Source of the DNA: an uncultured bacterium
GTDB lineage: Bacteria > Omnitrophota > Gorgyraeia > Zapsychrales > Aceulaceae
NCBI GenBank assembly: GCA_937930175.1
Contig: CALGLP010000006.1
Span: forward strand, 193,749 to 257,748
Direction: 5' to 3'
Length of the DNA: 64,000 nt
Part shown: positions 45,867 to 55,498 of the stretch, piece after piece
Layout: the number at the start of each line of letters is the position of its first letter
Numbering within the stretch: position 1 is the stretch's first letter
The notes under the pieces: model-generated
Databases searched by the model: none
Seen by the model: the letters and a program-made list of their open reading frames with translations, nothing else
Told to the model about the DNA's origin: nothing
Made by a program: the position numbers and the translations under genes

Positions 45867-46023
45867 ATGAAATCTTTCTGTTTGTTGCTCTTTTATTTGT
45901 CTTGGCCAAAACTCGCCATTGTTTTTCTATAATCTTATTATCGGTTAGCCGTAGATTTTAAAGAATATCCTGTCTATTTTTAGAGTAAGCAAAAGAATTG
46001 TGTTATATATTTTAGGATCATGA

Positions 46024-47553
46024 TTATCTTGCCAGGTAACGTTTTTTAATACGATTTTGATTGTCTTTAAAAGGTCCTTCGTGCATGCCGTATATTTTGA
46101 TGATGGGCTCAACCGCTTGGGGATATTCTTCCCGTGCTTTTTTGTAATCGAAACTCATCTGAGCGAGTTGAGGGCCTAAGATTTCGCGTAATTTCTTTTC
46201 AACCATATCTTTATGTGTGCTATCGAGAATCTCAAATTCAAAGCATGGTCGTGGATTGCCCGTTGCATCCTCAACTAATGATAGCAAAAACGAATTAATT
46301 TCTTTAGCAAGGAGCGCATCCGTGTAAACAATGTTTTCGACATCTTCGGGGTAAATGTTGGCACCCATGACTGATATCGTGCTATCTTTACGTCCAAAAA
46401 TGAACAAAAAGGGTAAATACCATCGCGGATAATGACATGCTCGCTCAAGCTTTAAGAGGTCAATATCATGTTGCCGTAAACGAGCTTTCATATCGTTAAA
46501 AGTGATCATGCCTCCTTCATCTTTGATATTGTATCGTATCCGCGGCGAAAGTGTCCATGACTTGCTGATCGTTACAACGACCTCTCGATCGATGATCTCA
46601 ACGAAATGATCCAGCGGATTATATTGAAAGAGCATCGGCAACCGATGATCATCACCAAAAAGGGTTTTCTTGAGTGCGTGATCCTTTAAACAAAGTTTTC
46701 GGATCATAACCGACAAGGGATTTTCTCCGCCAATTCCTATTTCAAGGTCTGAAGCTCCATAGCCGGAAAACACGGTCTTGGCGTGTCGTGATAAGTAATC
46801 GCGCAATCCTTCCGACATGCCTTCGCCGCCAACGAGCACATGGATCTCGTAGTCCTTCCAGGGAAAGTTTTGTCGCTCCCCTTCATCAAAGAGAAATTTA
46901 AGAAAAGGTGGGTATCCGTTTAGAATGTAGGGATATTGATTTCCAAAGAATTTAAGCGTCCGTAGAATTTTATCAATATCGGGACCTGTTGATTTGACAG
47001 CACCCAGGCTTTGAGCTGCCAGCGCCATATTAAAACCCGTTGCCCATGCCCCCATGCTAAAAGCATTAAGGACGATAAATTTTTTGTCGCCAAAACAATA
47101 GCGCAAATATACGCCAATAAGGCTTTTGACGATCTCTCGTTCTTTTTGGCTTCTTACCCAATTGTAAGGAATTCCTGTTGATCCAGATGATTCATCGATG
47201 GCAACACCTTCCATCAAGAATTTTCCATTGAGGCAGCGGTCTTCTGTCTTGTAAGGTAAAATATAATTGGGTTTGTCAGTGATTGGTAGCGTTTTAAAGA
47301 GCTCTCTGGCGTCATGTGTTGTTGGTACCCAGGCGTTATCATCGAGAAACTTTTTGTACGCAGGTACACGTTTATAGGTCAGGAGAAATTCTTGAAAAGC
47401 GCGATAGCAGCAGGCGATTGCTCCGTATTTTTGGGGAACACGACTTACAATAAAAGTAAAAAGAGAGTAATTTTTTAAGATATTCGTTTGAAGATAATCA
47501 GTCAATTTAATGAGAAAGAGATGAAAGCGATCAATAAGTTTAATCTTTATCAT
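46024..47553 (-). CDS. adenylate-forming enzyme of the PaaK/CapK/F390-synthetase family
   Basis: SSGSTGIPYNW phosphate-binding loop, YGASD and GG..Y motifs of ANL-superfamily phenylacetate-CoA ligase-like enzymes, 509 aa. Confidence 0.6.
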   Translation of the reverse strand: MIKIKLIDRFHLFLIKLTDYLQTNILKNYSLFTFIVSRVPQKYGAIACCYRAFQEFLLTYKRVPAYKKFLDDNAWVPTTHDARELFKTLPITDKPNYILPYKTEDRCLNGKFLMEGVAIDESSGSTGIPYNWVRSQKEREIVKSLIGVYLRYCFGDKKFIVLNAFSMGAWATGFNMALAAQSLGAVKSTGPDIDKILRTLKFFGNQYPYILNGYPPFLKFLFDEGERQNFPWKDYEIHVLVGGEGMSEGLRDYLSRHAKTVFSGYGASDLEIGIGGENPLSVMIRKLCLKDHALKKTLFGDDHRLPMLFQYNPLDHFVEIIDREVVVTISKSWTLSPRIRYNIKDEGGMITFNDMKARLRQHDIDLLKLERACHYPRWYLPFLFIFGRKDSTISVMGANIYPEDVENIVYTDALLAKEINSFLLSLVEDATGNPRPCFEFEILDSTHKDMVEKKLREILGPQLAQMSFDYKKAREEYPQAVEPIIKIYGMHEGPFKDNQNRIKKRYLAR

Positions 47554-47583
47554 TATTTCTCCTTTGATGGCAATGCGTAAGTT

Positions 47584-48312
47584 TTAATTAAAGAAAAAAT
47601 ATTTCCAGAGAATAAAAGCCGAAACCCCATGAGATATGACCGATGGCCAAATATTTTTAAAATAGATCAAGAGATAACTCCACACCCCTCCTGCCACGGC
47701 GATCAGTAGTAGCAGGGTTATTCCATCTTTGAAACTAAGAATGGTGAAAAGATAGCAATGAGTTAGCGCAAATAATAGGTTTGTGATAAAGATTGTTATG
47801 CGCGTGGAGAACAAGCGATTAAATTTCTGCTGTATGAATTTACGCCAGAAGAGCTCTTCACCTAAGCCGATGATAAAAACTGAAAATATGAAGTAGAGCC
47901 ATAAACCCGTTAAGGTATGGCTTGCCTTTAACAGCCTGTATCCAAGTTCGTTTTGAAGGGAAAGCTGAACACTCCATGGCCCTATAGCAATTTGTAAAGG
48001 ATGCAAATCGCTAAAAGATTGTCCGTTTATGCCAAGCCATTTTAAGGTCAATCCTCCACCAATCCCCATTAGGCAACCGGTTAAACCGCCGATTATGATT
48101 AGCTTCCAAGAGGAAGAGTAACATGATCCTAGGGGATACGTTTCTTTTGATTGCCTTAGGATCTGCCAGATTAAGGGAATAGAAAATGTAAAAAGAAAAG
48201 ATCCGTAGATCCCTTTGTAGAGAAATATGAAAGGCAGGATAATTCCTATGGTTAATATGGATAGGCGTCGAAGAATATTACTTTTGAGCAACGGTAGACT
48301 CCCTCGTGGCAA
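47584..48312 (-). CDS. CPBP (CAAX) family intramembrane metalloprotease
   Basis: Multi-TM protein with EELFWRKF (EExxxR) and FALTHCYLF (FxxxH) motifs. The start is uncertain (TTG; overlaps the upstream gene by ~35 nt as drawn). Confidence 0.7.
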   Translation of the reverse strand: MPRGSLPLLKSNILRRLSILTIGIILPFIFLYKGIYGSFLFTFSIPLIWQILRQSKETYPLGSCYSSSWKLIIIGGLTGCLMGIGGGLTLKWLGINGQSFSDLHPLQIAIGPWSVQLSLQNELGYRLLKASHTLTGLWLYFIFSVFIIGLGEELFWRKFIQQKFNRLFSTRITIFITNLLFALTHCYLFTILSFKDGITLLLLIAVAGGVWSYLLIYFKNIWPSVISHGVSAFILWKYFFFN

Positions 48313-48646
48313 CCAGATTGACCCCTAAGCCTAAAAAATTCTTAACAATGATAGCACCATGCAAAACGGGCTGGGTTATTATTATTTTTCTTATTTCGCT
48401 CATCGCTTCAAAAAGTTTTGTTTTGGGAATCGGTTTATCGGTTTTGACTGGGATCATTTTTAATGAAAGTCCTTGCGCTAAAACAGATGAGGTTAATATG
48501 CGTACGGGGTTCTCGATCTCAGATTTTGCATAAGCCTCGCCTTTGGGGCAGCTATTCCCGCTAACATTTGTAACGGTGCCATTGTCAACAGTAACAGACA
48601 AAAGGCATCCTTTGGGGCACTCAATGCATGTGAATTGTTTTATCAT
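48278..48646 (-). CDS. DUF1667-like small Cys-rich protein, third subunit of an anaerobic three-component glycerol-3-phosphate dehydrogenase
   Basis: 122 aa with CIECPKGC...NSCPKGE Cys pairs. It sits in the conserved position after the two flavoprotein subunits. Confidence 0.6.
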   Translation of the reverse strand: MIKQFTCIECPKGCLLSVTVDNGTVTNVSGNSCPKGEAYAKSEIENPVRILTSSVLAQGLSLKMIPVKTDKPIPKTKLFEAMSEIRKIIITQPVLHGAIIVKNFLGLGVNLVATRESTVAQK

Positions 48647-49635
48647 GGCTTGCCTCGTAAGTATTGCGCGGCAAGTTCCCCTGCGAGTTCACTGTCGCGT
48701 GAAACGGAATCCGCCAAGTCATAAACTTTAAAAGAATTGCCGCAGACAAATAATCCTGGGATGGGTGTTTTGTTGAGCTCCGTTGACGCAGGACCATTGG
48801 TTTTGGGATCGATGGGAATTCCAGCCATTTCAATGAGTTCGTTCTCGGGAATAAGGCCAACGGAAATCAAGATGGTATCGCATTCAATAGAAAATTGTGA
48901 ATTAGCAATTACATTAAATTGATTATCGACCTTAGCGACATCTACCTTCTCAGCGCGTTTATTTCCGTAGATACGTGTTATTTTGTGATTGAGATAAAGT
49001 GGGATATTAAAATCTTCAAGGCATTGGACAACATTACGGATGAGTCCCCGACTTTGATTTTGGATTTCAATCACAGCTTTGACCTCTGCCCCTTCTAATG
49101 TTAAACGCCGTGCCATGATCAGTCCAATGTCGCCAGATCCAACGACTACAATATTTTTTCCAGGAAGAAGTCCTTCGATATTCATAAGCTTCTGCGCAAG
49201 CCCAGCTGAAAAGATGCCCGCAGGCCGCGTGCCTGGAATCTGGATCATTTCACGCGTTTTTTCACGGCATCCTGTGGCCATGATCAGTGCTCGGGCTTCA
49301 ATTTGTTCAAGCGTGCCTGGCTTGAGAAGCGTGAGGATCTTATTTTTTGTTAACTTAACAACAAAAGAGCGCAGGCTGATCTCAATTGCGGGGATTGAGT
49401 GTAGCTCGTTAGTGACCTTGTGAGCATATTCAGGCCCAGTTAATATTTCCTTAAAATAGTCCAATCCAAAACCAGGATGAATACATTGATTAAGGATCCC
49501 TCCTAAGTGTTGATCGCGCTCTATCAGGAGAATGTCCTCAATGCCGTGGCGATGGGCGGAAAGTGCCGCGGCCATGCCGGCCGGCCCTCCTCCGACAATG
49601 ACAAGATCACGGGTGATCATGTGTTCTCTCCCCAA
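48643..49635 (-). CDS. NAD(P)H/FAD-dependent pyridine nucleotide-disulfide oxidoreductase (NoxC-like G3PDH subunit)
   Basis: VIVGGGPAGMAAA FAD dinucleotide motif and a second VVVGSGDIG NAD motif, 330 aa. Confidence 0.7.
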   Translation of the reverse strand: MGREHMITRDLVIVGGGPAGMAAALSAHRHGIEDILLIERDQHLGGILNQCIHPGFGLDYFKEILTGPEYAHKVTNELHSIPAIEISLRSFVVKLTKNKILTLLKPGTLEQIEARALIMATGCREKTREMIQIPGTRPAGIFSAGLAQKLMNIEGLLPGKNIVVVGSGDIGLIMARRLTLEGAEVKAVIEIQNQSRGLIRNVVQCLEDFNIPLYLNHKITRIYGNKRAEKVDVAKVDNQFNVIANSQFSIECDTILISVGLIPENELIEMAGIPIDPKTNGPASTELNKTPIPGLFVCGNSFKVYDLADSVSRDSELAGELAAQYLRGKP

Positions 49636-51064
49636 GCACGATCTCAGATCCAGAGCCTTTTTTTGTTATGTCTGTTAGTTTTTTATCTAAAGTCGCAGAT
49701 AATATTTTCATAATGCGTGTTGTGCAGAACCCGCCATGGCAGCGGCCTGCTTGTGCGCGTGTTCTGAATTTAATACCATCCAGGGTTTTGGCTCCACGCG
49801 CGATCGCGTCATGGATTTCTTTGGCGGAGACCATTTCGCAGCGGCAAACAATATCGCCATAGGAAGAATTTTCTTTGATGAGTTGTTTTGTTTTAGAGAA
49901 TGGGGTTGAAAAAAGATGAACCGTTTTCTTGCGGTGGGGATAGAAAATGCGTTTTTTTGTAAGCGAAAGACCGTTCGTTTTTAAAAGCGTGCAGACAAAA
50001 AGAGCAATCGCCGGCGCTGCGGTCAGCCCCGGAGATTGGATCCCCGCGACAGTGATCAACCCTGGAACCTTGTCTTCATGGCGAATAATAAAATCATCAC
50101 CGGCTACGGGCCGTGATCCCGCAAAATAGGCAATGATGTCTTTTGCGTTGATCACCGGGATCATGCGTTGAGCGCCTTTAAGAACGTTGGCTAATCCCTC
50201 TTCGGTTGTTGACCAGTCTTCCTTGTCTTGAATTTGTTGCGCTGTTGGGCCGATCATTGGGTTTCCGTCAGCGGTTTTAATGATCAAGACACCTTTTGAC
50301 GTTTTTGTAGGAATTGGAAAAAGCAAATGATGGGCCAGGCGTTCTTTCTTTTTATCTAAGATATATTCTTCGCCCTTGCGCGGCGTAATCTTAAAATCAT
50401 CGATACCAAGCATGGCTGCAATTTCATCCGCAAAAAGACCCGCGGCATTAACGAGGTAGCGTGTTGTGAAGGTTGTGGTGGGCGTTAAAATCTCAAAAAA
50501 AGATTTTTCGTGATCGTTTAGGTTTTTGCGGTGCGTGATCTGCGTGACTTTGCTTTGTGTGTAGATCTCAACACCATTTTTGATCGCGTTCTCTGCCATG
50601 TCGTAGACCAAGCGGTAAGGGCTAATGATGCCAGCGCTGGGAGCAAAAAGCGCTGCGATCGCTTCTTGGGAGAGATTGGGTTCATGTTTGCGAAGCCATG
50701 GACGGTGAACGATCTTGAGTCCTGGGACACCAAGCGCTTGGCCTTCACGTTTAAGTTTTTTTAATTGCAACAAATCTTCGTCGGTGAAGGCAACAATTAG
50801 TTCGCCAACTTCTTTAAAATCCACGCCAAGGTCTTTGGCGATGCGTCGGATAAGCTTGTTGCCTTGGACACAAAGTTTTCCTTTAAGGGAACGAGCGGGA
50901 TTCTGTGTGCCAGGGTGAATAATGCCGCTATTGGATTTAGAAACACCAAAGGCGAGTTCTTCTTCTTTTTCGAGGATGGCTATTTTTAATTGATAGCGTG
51001 AGAGCGCGCGGGCAATTGCAGTTCCAGAGACCCCTGCGCCAATAATAATAACATCGTAGATCAT
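49607..51064 (-). CDS. FAD-dependent glycerol-3-phosphate dehydrogenase-like subunit with C-terminal BFD-like [2Fe-2S] domain
   Basis: DVIIIGAGVSGTAIARAL DAO-type FAD motif. The C-terminal CRCEMVSAKEI...RAQAGRCHGGFC is a BFD-like Cys cluster. Adjacent to glpK. Confidence 0.75.
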   Translation of the reverse strand: MIYDVIIIGAGVSGTAIARALSRYQLKIAILEKEEELAFGVSKSNSGIIHPGTQNPARSLKGKLCVQGNKLIRRIAKDLGVDFKEVGELIVAFTDEDLLQLKKLKREGQALGVPGLKIVHRPWLRKHEPNLSQEAIAALFAPSAGIISPYRLVYDMAENAIKNGVEIYTQSKVTQITHRKNLNDHEKSFFEILTPTTTFTTRYLVNAAGLFADEIAAMLGIDDFKITPRKGEEYILDKKKERLAHHLLFPIPTKTSKGVLIIKTADGNPMIGPTAQQIQDKEDWSTTEEGLANVLKGAQRMIPVINAKDIIAYFAGSRPVAGDDFIIRHEDKVPGLITVAGIQSPGLTAAPAIALFVCTLLKTNGLSLTKKRIFYPHRKKTVHLFSTPFSKTKQLIKENSSYGDIVCRCEMVSAKEIHDAIARGAKTLDGIKFRTRAQAGRCHGGFCTTRIMKILSATLDKKLTDITKKGSGSEIVLGERTHDHP

Positions 51065-52563
51065 ATGGTTTTTGCGGATGAAAGGGTTCGCGCAACAGCA
51101 TTCAGCCAGCCCTGATACAGCGCACGTGATAACGACGCTGATCGCTTAGGATGAAATGCGTGGTCTTGTTTCCAGACTTTTTTTATTTCGTCGGCATTTT
51201 TCCAGTAATGAACAGCGAGTCCTGCCAGATAGGCCGCCCCTAGCGAAGTTGTTTCAATGACCTTGGGTCGAATGACACGAATTCCTAGAATATCAGATTG
51301 AAATTGGCACAGGAAATTATTTTTAACAGCGCCACCGTCAATCCGAAGGTCTTTGATCTTAAGGCCGGAATCTTTTTGCATGGCCAAAACAACATCCTTC
51401 GTCTGATAGCACATGGCCTCGAGCGCCGCACGCACAAGATGATTTTTTGTTGTACCACGTGTAAGCCCGTAAATGCTTCCGCGTGCATCTTGGTCCCAGT
51501 AAGGCGCGCCTAATCCAACTAAGGCCGGTACAAAATAGACACCCGCATTATCGTTGACCGATGCTGCCATGCACTCGGATTGCATGGCCGATTCTAAGAT
51601 ATTAAGTCCATCGCGTAGCCATTGGATCGCAGCGCCAGCCACAAACACAGACCCTTCGAGAACATAGGCATGCTTTCCCTTTTGATCGCAACCGAGCGTT
51701 GTAATAAGCCCGTGACGTGATGTAACGCGACGCTTACCTGTATTGAGAAGCAGAAAACATCCTGTTCCGTAGGTATTTTTGATGGTGCCTGGCTCAAAAC
51801 ATGTTTGTCCAAAAAGGGCTGCTTGTTGATCGCCTGCCATTCCCGCAATCGGAATTCCTGCTGGCAAGAGGCCGTGCTTAACGGTTTTACCAAAGAATCC
51901 TGATGAAGGCTGAACACGTGGCAAGATCTTTGCTGGAATATGAAACTTTTTAAGGATCTGATCACTCCATGTAAGATTTTTGATATCAAAAAGCATGGTA
52001 CGTGAGGCATTGGTGTAATCGGTGGCATGAATAGCGCCACCGGTTAGCTTCCAAAGAATCCAAGAGTCTGTTGTGCCAAAAAGAAGTCTTCCTTCTCTCG
52101 CTTTTGTAAGCGCGCCGCTGATATTCTTTAAGATCCATTCAATTTTTGTTGCTGAGAAATAGGCATCGATGGGAAGCCCTGTTATTTTTCTAAACAACGT
52201 GAGCGTTTTTTGTTGTTTTTTAAGCGCATCACATCGTGGAGCTGTCCGTCGGCACTGCCAGACAATAGCATTGTAAATCGGCTTGCTGGTTATCCTATCC
52301 CAGATGATGGTTGTTTCCCGTTGATTGGTAATGCCAATCACAGCAATCGTTGCTTTCGGGATTTTCTTAAGCGTTTTTTGGATGGCATGGTTAACACTTG
52401 TCCAGATTTCATCGGGGTCATGCTCAACCCAGCCAGGGTGAGGAAAATATTGAGGAAATTCTTCATAGGCGCTTGCGATGATCTGGCCGGATTTGTCATA
52501 GACAACAGCCCTGCTCCCTGTTGTTCCTTGGTCAATCGCGAGGATGTATTGCGCCACGCTCAT
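51061..52563 (-). CDS. glpK: glycerol kinase
   Basis: ILAIDQGTTGSRAVVYD FGGY-kinase start, GTGCF and the remaining GlpK motifs, 500 aa. Confidence 0.92.
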   Translation of the reverse strand: MSVAQYILAIDQGTTGSRAVVYDKSGQIIASAYEEFPQYFPHPGWVEHDPDEIWTSVNHAIQKTLKKIPKATIAVIGITNQRETTIIWDRITSKPIYNAIVWQCRRTAPRCDALKKQQKTLTLFRKITGLPIDAYFSATKIEWILKNISGALTKAREGRLLFGTTDSWILWKLTGGAIHATDYTNASRTMLFDIKNLTWSDQILKKFHIPAKILPRVQPSSGFFGKTVKHGLLPAGIPIAGMAGDQQAALFGQTCFEPGTIKNTYGTGCFLLLNTGKRRVTSRHGLITTLGCDQKGKHAYVLEGSVFVAGAAIQWLRDGLNILESAMQSECMAASVNDNAGVYFVPALVGLGAPYWDQDARGSIYGLTRGTTKNHLVRAALEAMCYQTKDVVLAMQKDSGLKIKDLRIDGGAVKNNFLCQFQSDILGIRVIRPKVIETTSLGAAYLAGLAVHYWKNADEIKKVWKQDHAFHPKRSASLSRALYQGWLNAVARTLSSAKTI

Positions 52564-52564
52564 T

Positions 52565-53380
52565 TTAAGATAACCTTTGCATCAGCCATGTTAAGATATC
52601 GGTAAAAACATTTTCCTTTTCTAAATCAATTGAAAGGCCATGATACATAGTAGGATACTGGATTATGGCCATGTCTTCAACTCTTAGCTTGTGAAAGATG
52701 TTTTGGCTTATTTTCGTGTCGACTAGAAGATCGCGTTGGCTCAATAGGAACAAAGTTGGCGTTTTCAGCTGGCTTGCTAAAAATTTTGCACGAAACTGCG
52801 CCAGCAGTATTTGCGTCAAAAGGCGTGCAGAAGCAATGCGGTGTTCGCGTGCGTCTTTTTCAATAATCTGCTGATAATCGCTATCGCGCGTGCACATTTG
52901 TGCATTAAACGGAACAGCAAACTGTTTTTTGGGATGAACGAGGGCTGAGGCCAATATTGTCATCTGGTCTAAGATCGAGAACTTAAGAATACTTTTAAAA
53001 GCGGGAGAAAGGCAAATAAGCCCCGCGAAGGCCATTGGTTTTTTTATGGCCATCAAGAAAGCAATGAGGCCGCCCAAACTTTCGCCGATCAGAAATAGAG
53101 GCACCGCAGGATGCTCTTGTTGAATGATTTGAGAAAGCGCATCAACATCATTTAAGTAAATTTCAAACGAATCAATGTGGCCTTTTATTTCTTTGGTTTG
53201 ACCAAAACCCCTAAGTTCGATGGCGTAAGATGATATTTTATGCTGTAAAAAGAATCGCGCAAAGGATTCCCATCGTTGGCTATGGCCGCCTAAGCCATGG
53301 ATAAGCAGGCAAATGGCTTTGGGTTGATCCACAAGCCATGGGCGATAGAAGATGTCGAATTCGTTACTTTTCTTTATCAT
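52565..53380 (-). CDS. alpha/beta hydrolase, lysophospholipase/monoacylglycerol lipase-like
   Basis: HGLGGHS oxyanion region and GESLGG nucleophile elbow. 271 aa with no signal peptide. Its stop abuts the glpK start. Confidence 0.75.
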   Translation of the reverse strand: MIKKSNEFDIFYRPWLVDQPKAICLLIHGLGGHSQRWESFARFFLQHKISSYAIELRGFGQTKEIKGHIDSFEIYLNDVDALSQIIQQEHPAVPLFLIGESLGGLIAFLMAIKKPMAFAGLICLSPAFKSILKFSILDQMTILASALVHPKKQFAVPFNAQMCTRDSDYQQIIEKDAREHRIASARLLTQILLAQFRAKFLASQLKTPTLFLLSQRDLLVDTKISQNIFHKLRVEDMAIIQYPTMYHGLSIDLEKENVFTDILTWLMQRLS

Positions 53381-53395
53381 GTTTGTTTTATGATT

Positions 53396-54025
53396 TTAAA
53401 TTGCATGAAATCCGAAAATAATTAAGCTACATAAAATAATGACTATGAGAACATAGGGTATTATTGCAATGAAAATTTTATGAAATACGAATCCATGTGA
53501 TATTGTCGGCCAGTCCTCTGCTTTAAAAGACATGAAAATGCCTTTTTCTATTCGCCAATCTAGGTTCCATAGCAGTCCCGCGCATGCGTAAAGGATAGAC
53601 GAAAGAATGATATTGGGTAGCCATGTGGGTGGATATTGTCCTTCACGAAAGAGCATATAAAGATCATAGGACCAGCTTGCAGAAAACATCCAGATGCATA
53701 AGGCAACGAAGGCTTGCTCAAGCAGGGCCGTATCTTTTTTGAATCGGTAAAGGATTCCTATTGCCCAAGGAGCTGTGAGAAAAGTTAGTAGTGACATGAA
53801 GAAGGCGTCGTAATAATCCCACGTGTAGTCTCCGGAATATGGGGCAACGAGGGTTAAGGATGCGGCAGCAATAATAAAAGTAATGATTTTCCATGGCTTG
53901 AACAAGAAGGTCCAATAATCTTTGTGTGAAAATGCGTACCGATGGCGATTGCGAAAATACAACAACAAAGCGCAGAGGCAGGCAGTTACGTAGCTAAGAA
54001 TATAAATTTTAAAGAAAATATTCAT
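53396..54025 (-). CDS. hypothetical polytopic membrane protein (209 aa, 5-6 TM, Trp/Tyr-rich)
   Basis: Overlaps the rSAM gene by 4 nt (coupled). No family recognised. Confidence 0.55.
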   Translation of the reverse strand: MNIFFKIYILSYVTACLCALLLYFRNRHRYAFSHKDYWTFLFKPWKIITFIIAAASLTLVAPYSGDYTWDYYDAFFMSLLTFLTAPWAIGILYRFKKDTALLEQAFVALCIWMFSASWSYDLYMLFREGQYPPTWLPNIILSSILYACAGLLWNLDWRIEKGIFMSFKAEDWPTISHGFVFHKIFIAIIPYVLIVIILCSLIIFGFHAI

Positions 54026-55467
54026 TGATCGTGATGATGAAATAATTTATTGTTGATTGATTGCGCTTCTTTTTGTAATGTTGTTTTAGTATCTTTTCGC
54101 TCTGTTGATGCATCCTTGTGGCCATCTAATATATTCTCTAACAAATGTACCGTATGCGCCAATTGTTTTAATTTAATAATAATATCCCATAGCGGCTCAA
54201 TTTTTTTCCATCCGCCTGTATATAGAACATGTCTGATCCATTGATCAAGAGGTTTTTTATTGGCTGATTCAAAAATTGACCTCCATTTGTAGAATAGCTT
54301 GTAGGCTCTCCAGTATCCAGCTTCAAGCTCTGCAGGTGCCAACGTAGGATGCTTAAAAACGCAATGGCGGGTGTCGTAAAGATTCCAGTCTTCGGTCAGA
54401 AGATGCTTTTGACTTTTTATGCGCTTAAAAAGCGTTGTTCCAGGATATGGAGTAAGAATGTGAAATGTAGCAGTTTCGATCCCTTGTTTTATAGCCCAGT
54501 GGGCTGTTTTTTCAAAAACGTCGTTATCGTCTTCCTCCATGCCGAAGACAAAGCTTGCATTCACCATGATCCCTAAGTCATGTAAAAAACCGATGGCATC
54601 AGCATAATTATAGTTAAGGTTGTGAAGCTTGTTCTGGTGCTTGAGATTATTCTGGTTTAATGTTTCAAAACCAATGAATAGGCTTCGTAAGCCAGCCCTC
54701 CTTGCCTTTTCGACAAGCGGTTTATCATATAAAGATTCTACTGTTGTGGCAGCTTGCCATATTCGATGAAAGCCCTTCATTTCGTTAAAAAGATCATTGG
54801 CAATTTGTGGGTTTGCAAAAACATTATCATCGAGAAAAAACAAATGCCGGCCTGGCAAAGAGGTAATATCTGAAAGAATAGCTTCAAGGGAATCTGTGTA
54901 GAAAGATTTTCCTCCTTTAAAGAAATCATTTTTATAGCAAAAATCACAATGATGTGGACACCCCCGAGAAATAACGAGAGAATTTGGGACAAGATATAAA
55001 GACCTCTTCAAGAGATCTCTTCGAATTGCTGGCCTTCCCGCAAGCGTTCTTTCTGTTGATTGATAGATTTGTCTTGGCTTTCCTTGTCGATAGTCTTTTA
55101 GGAAAGAAGGCCAGGTATCTTCCCCGGGTCCTAAAAATATGCTGTTCGCATGAGAAAGAGCCTCCTGCGGTAAGGATGTAACGTGCAATCCACCCATGAC
55201 TACATAAATGCCACGTTTTCGATATTGATCTGCAATTTCATATGCACGATATGCGGAAGTAATGTAAACCTCTAGGGCAACAATATCGGGAGTATCGTCA
55301 AGATGGATGTTCTCAATATGCTCATCGACAATGCTTACGTCATCGGATTCGTTAGCATACCCTGCTAGTGTTGCAAGTCCAAGGGGTGGAAATAAGGAGT
55401 ATTTGAGCGGTCTCCAAAAAACACTTTTCGCTTCTGTTAAGGCAGGCAGGATGAACTTAATCTTCAT
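54022..55467 (-). CDS. B12-binding-domain radical SAM enzyme
   Basis: N-terminal cobalamin-binding-like Rossmann domain followed by RGCPHHCDFC (CxxxCxxC), 481 aa. This architecture is class B rSAM (methyltransferase or rearrangement enzymes). Confidence 0.8.
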   Translation of the reverse strand: MKIKFILPALTEAKSVFWRPLKYSLFPPLGLATLAGYANESDDVSIVDEHIENIHLDDTPDIVALEVYITSAYRAYEIADQYRKRGIYVVMGGLHVTSLPQEALSHANSIFLGPGEDTWPSFLKDYRQGKPRQIYQSTERTLAGRPAIRRDLLKRSLYLVPNSLVISRGCPHHCDFCYKNDFFKGGKSFYTDSLEAILSDITSLPGRHLFFLDDNVFANPQIANDLFNEMKGFHRIWQAATTVESLYDKPLVEKARRAGLRSLFIGFETLNQNNLKHQNKLHNLNYNYADAIGFLHDLGIMVNASFVFGMEEDDNDVFEKTAHWAIKQGIETATFHILTPYPGTTLFKRIKSQKHLLTEDWNLYDTRHCVFKHPTLAPAELEAGYWRAYKLFYKWRSIFESANKKPLDQWIRHVLYTGGWKKIEPLWDIIIKLKQLAHTVHLLENILDGHKDASTERKDTKTTLQKEAQSINNKLFHHHDQ

Positions 55468-55498
55468 GAAGAACGCTAAGAAATAATGAAGCCATGGT

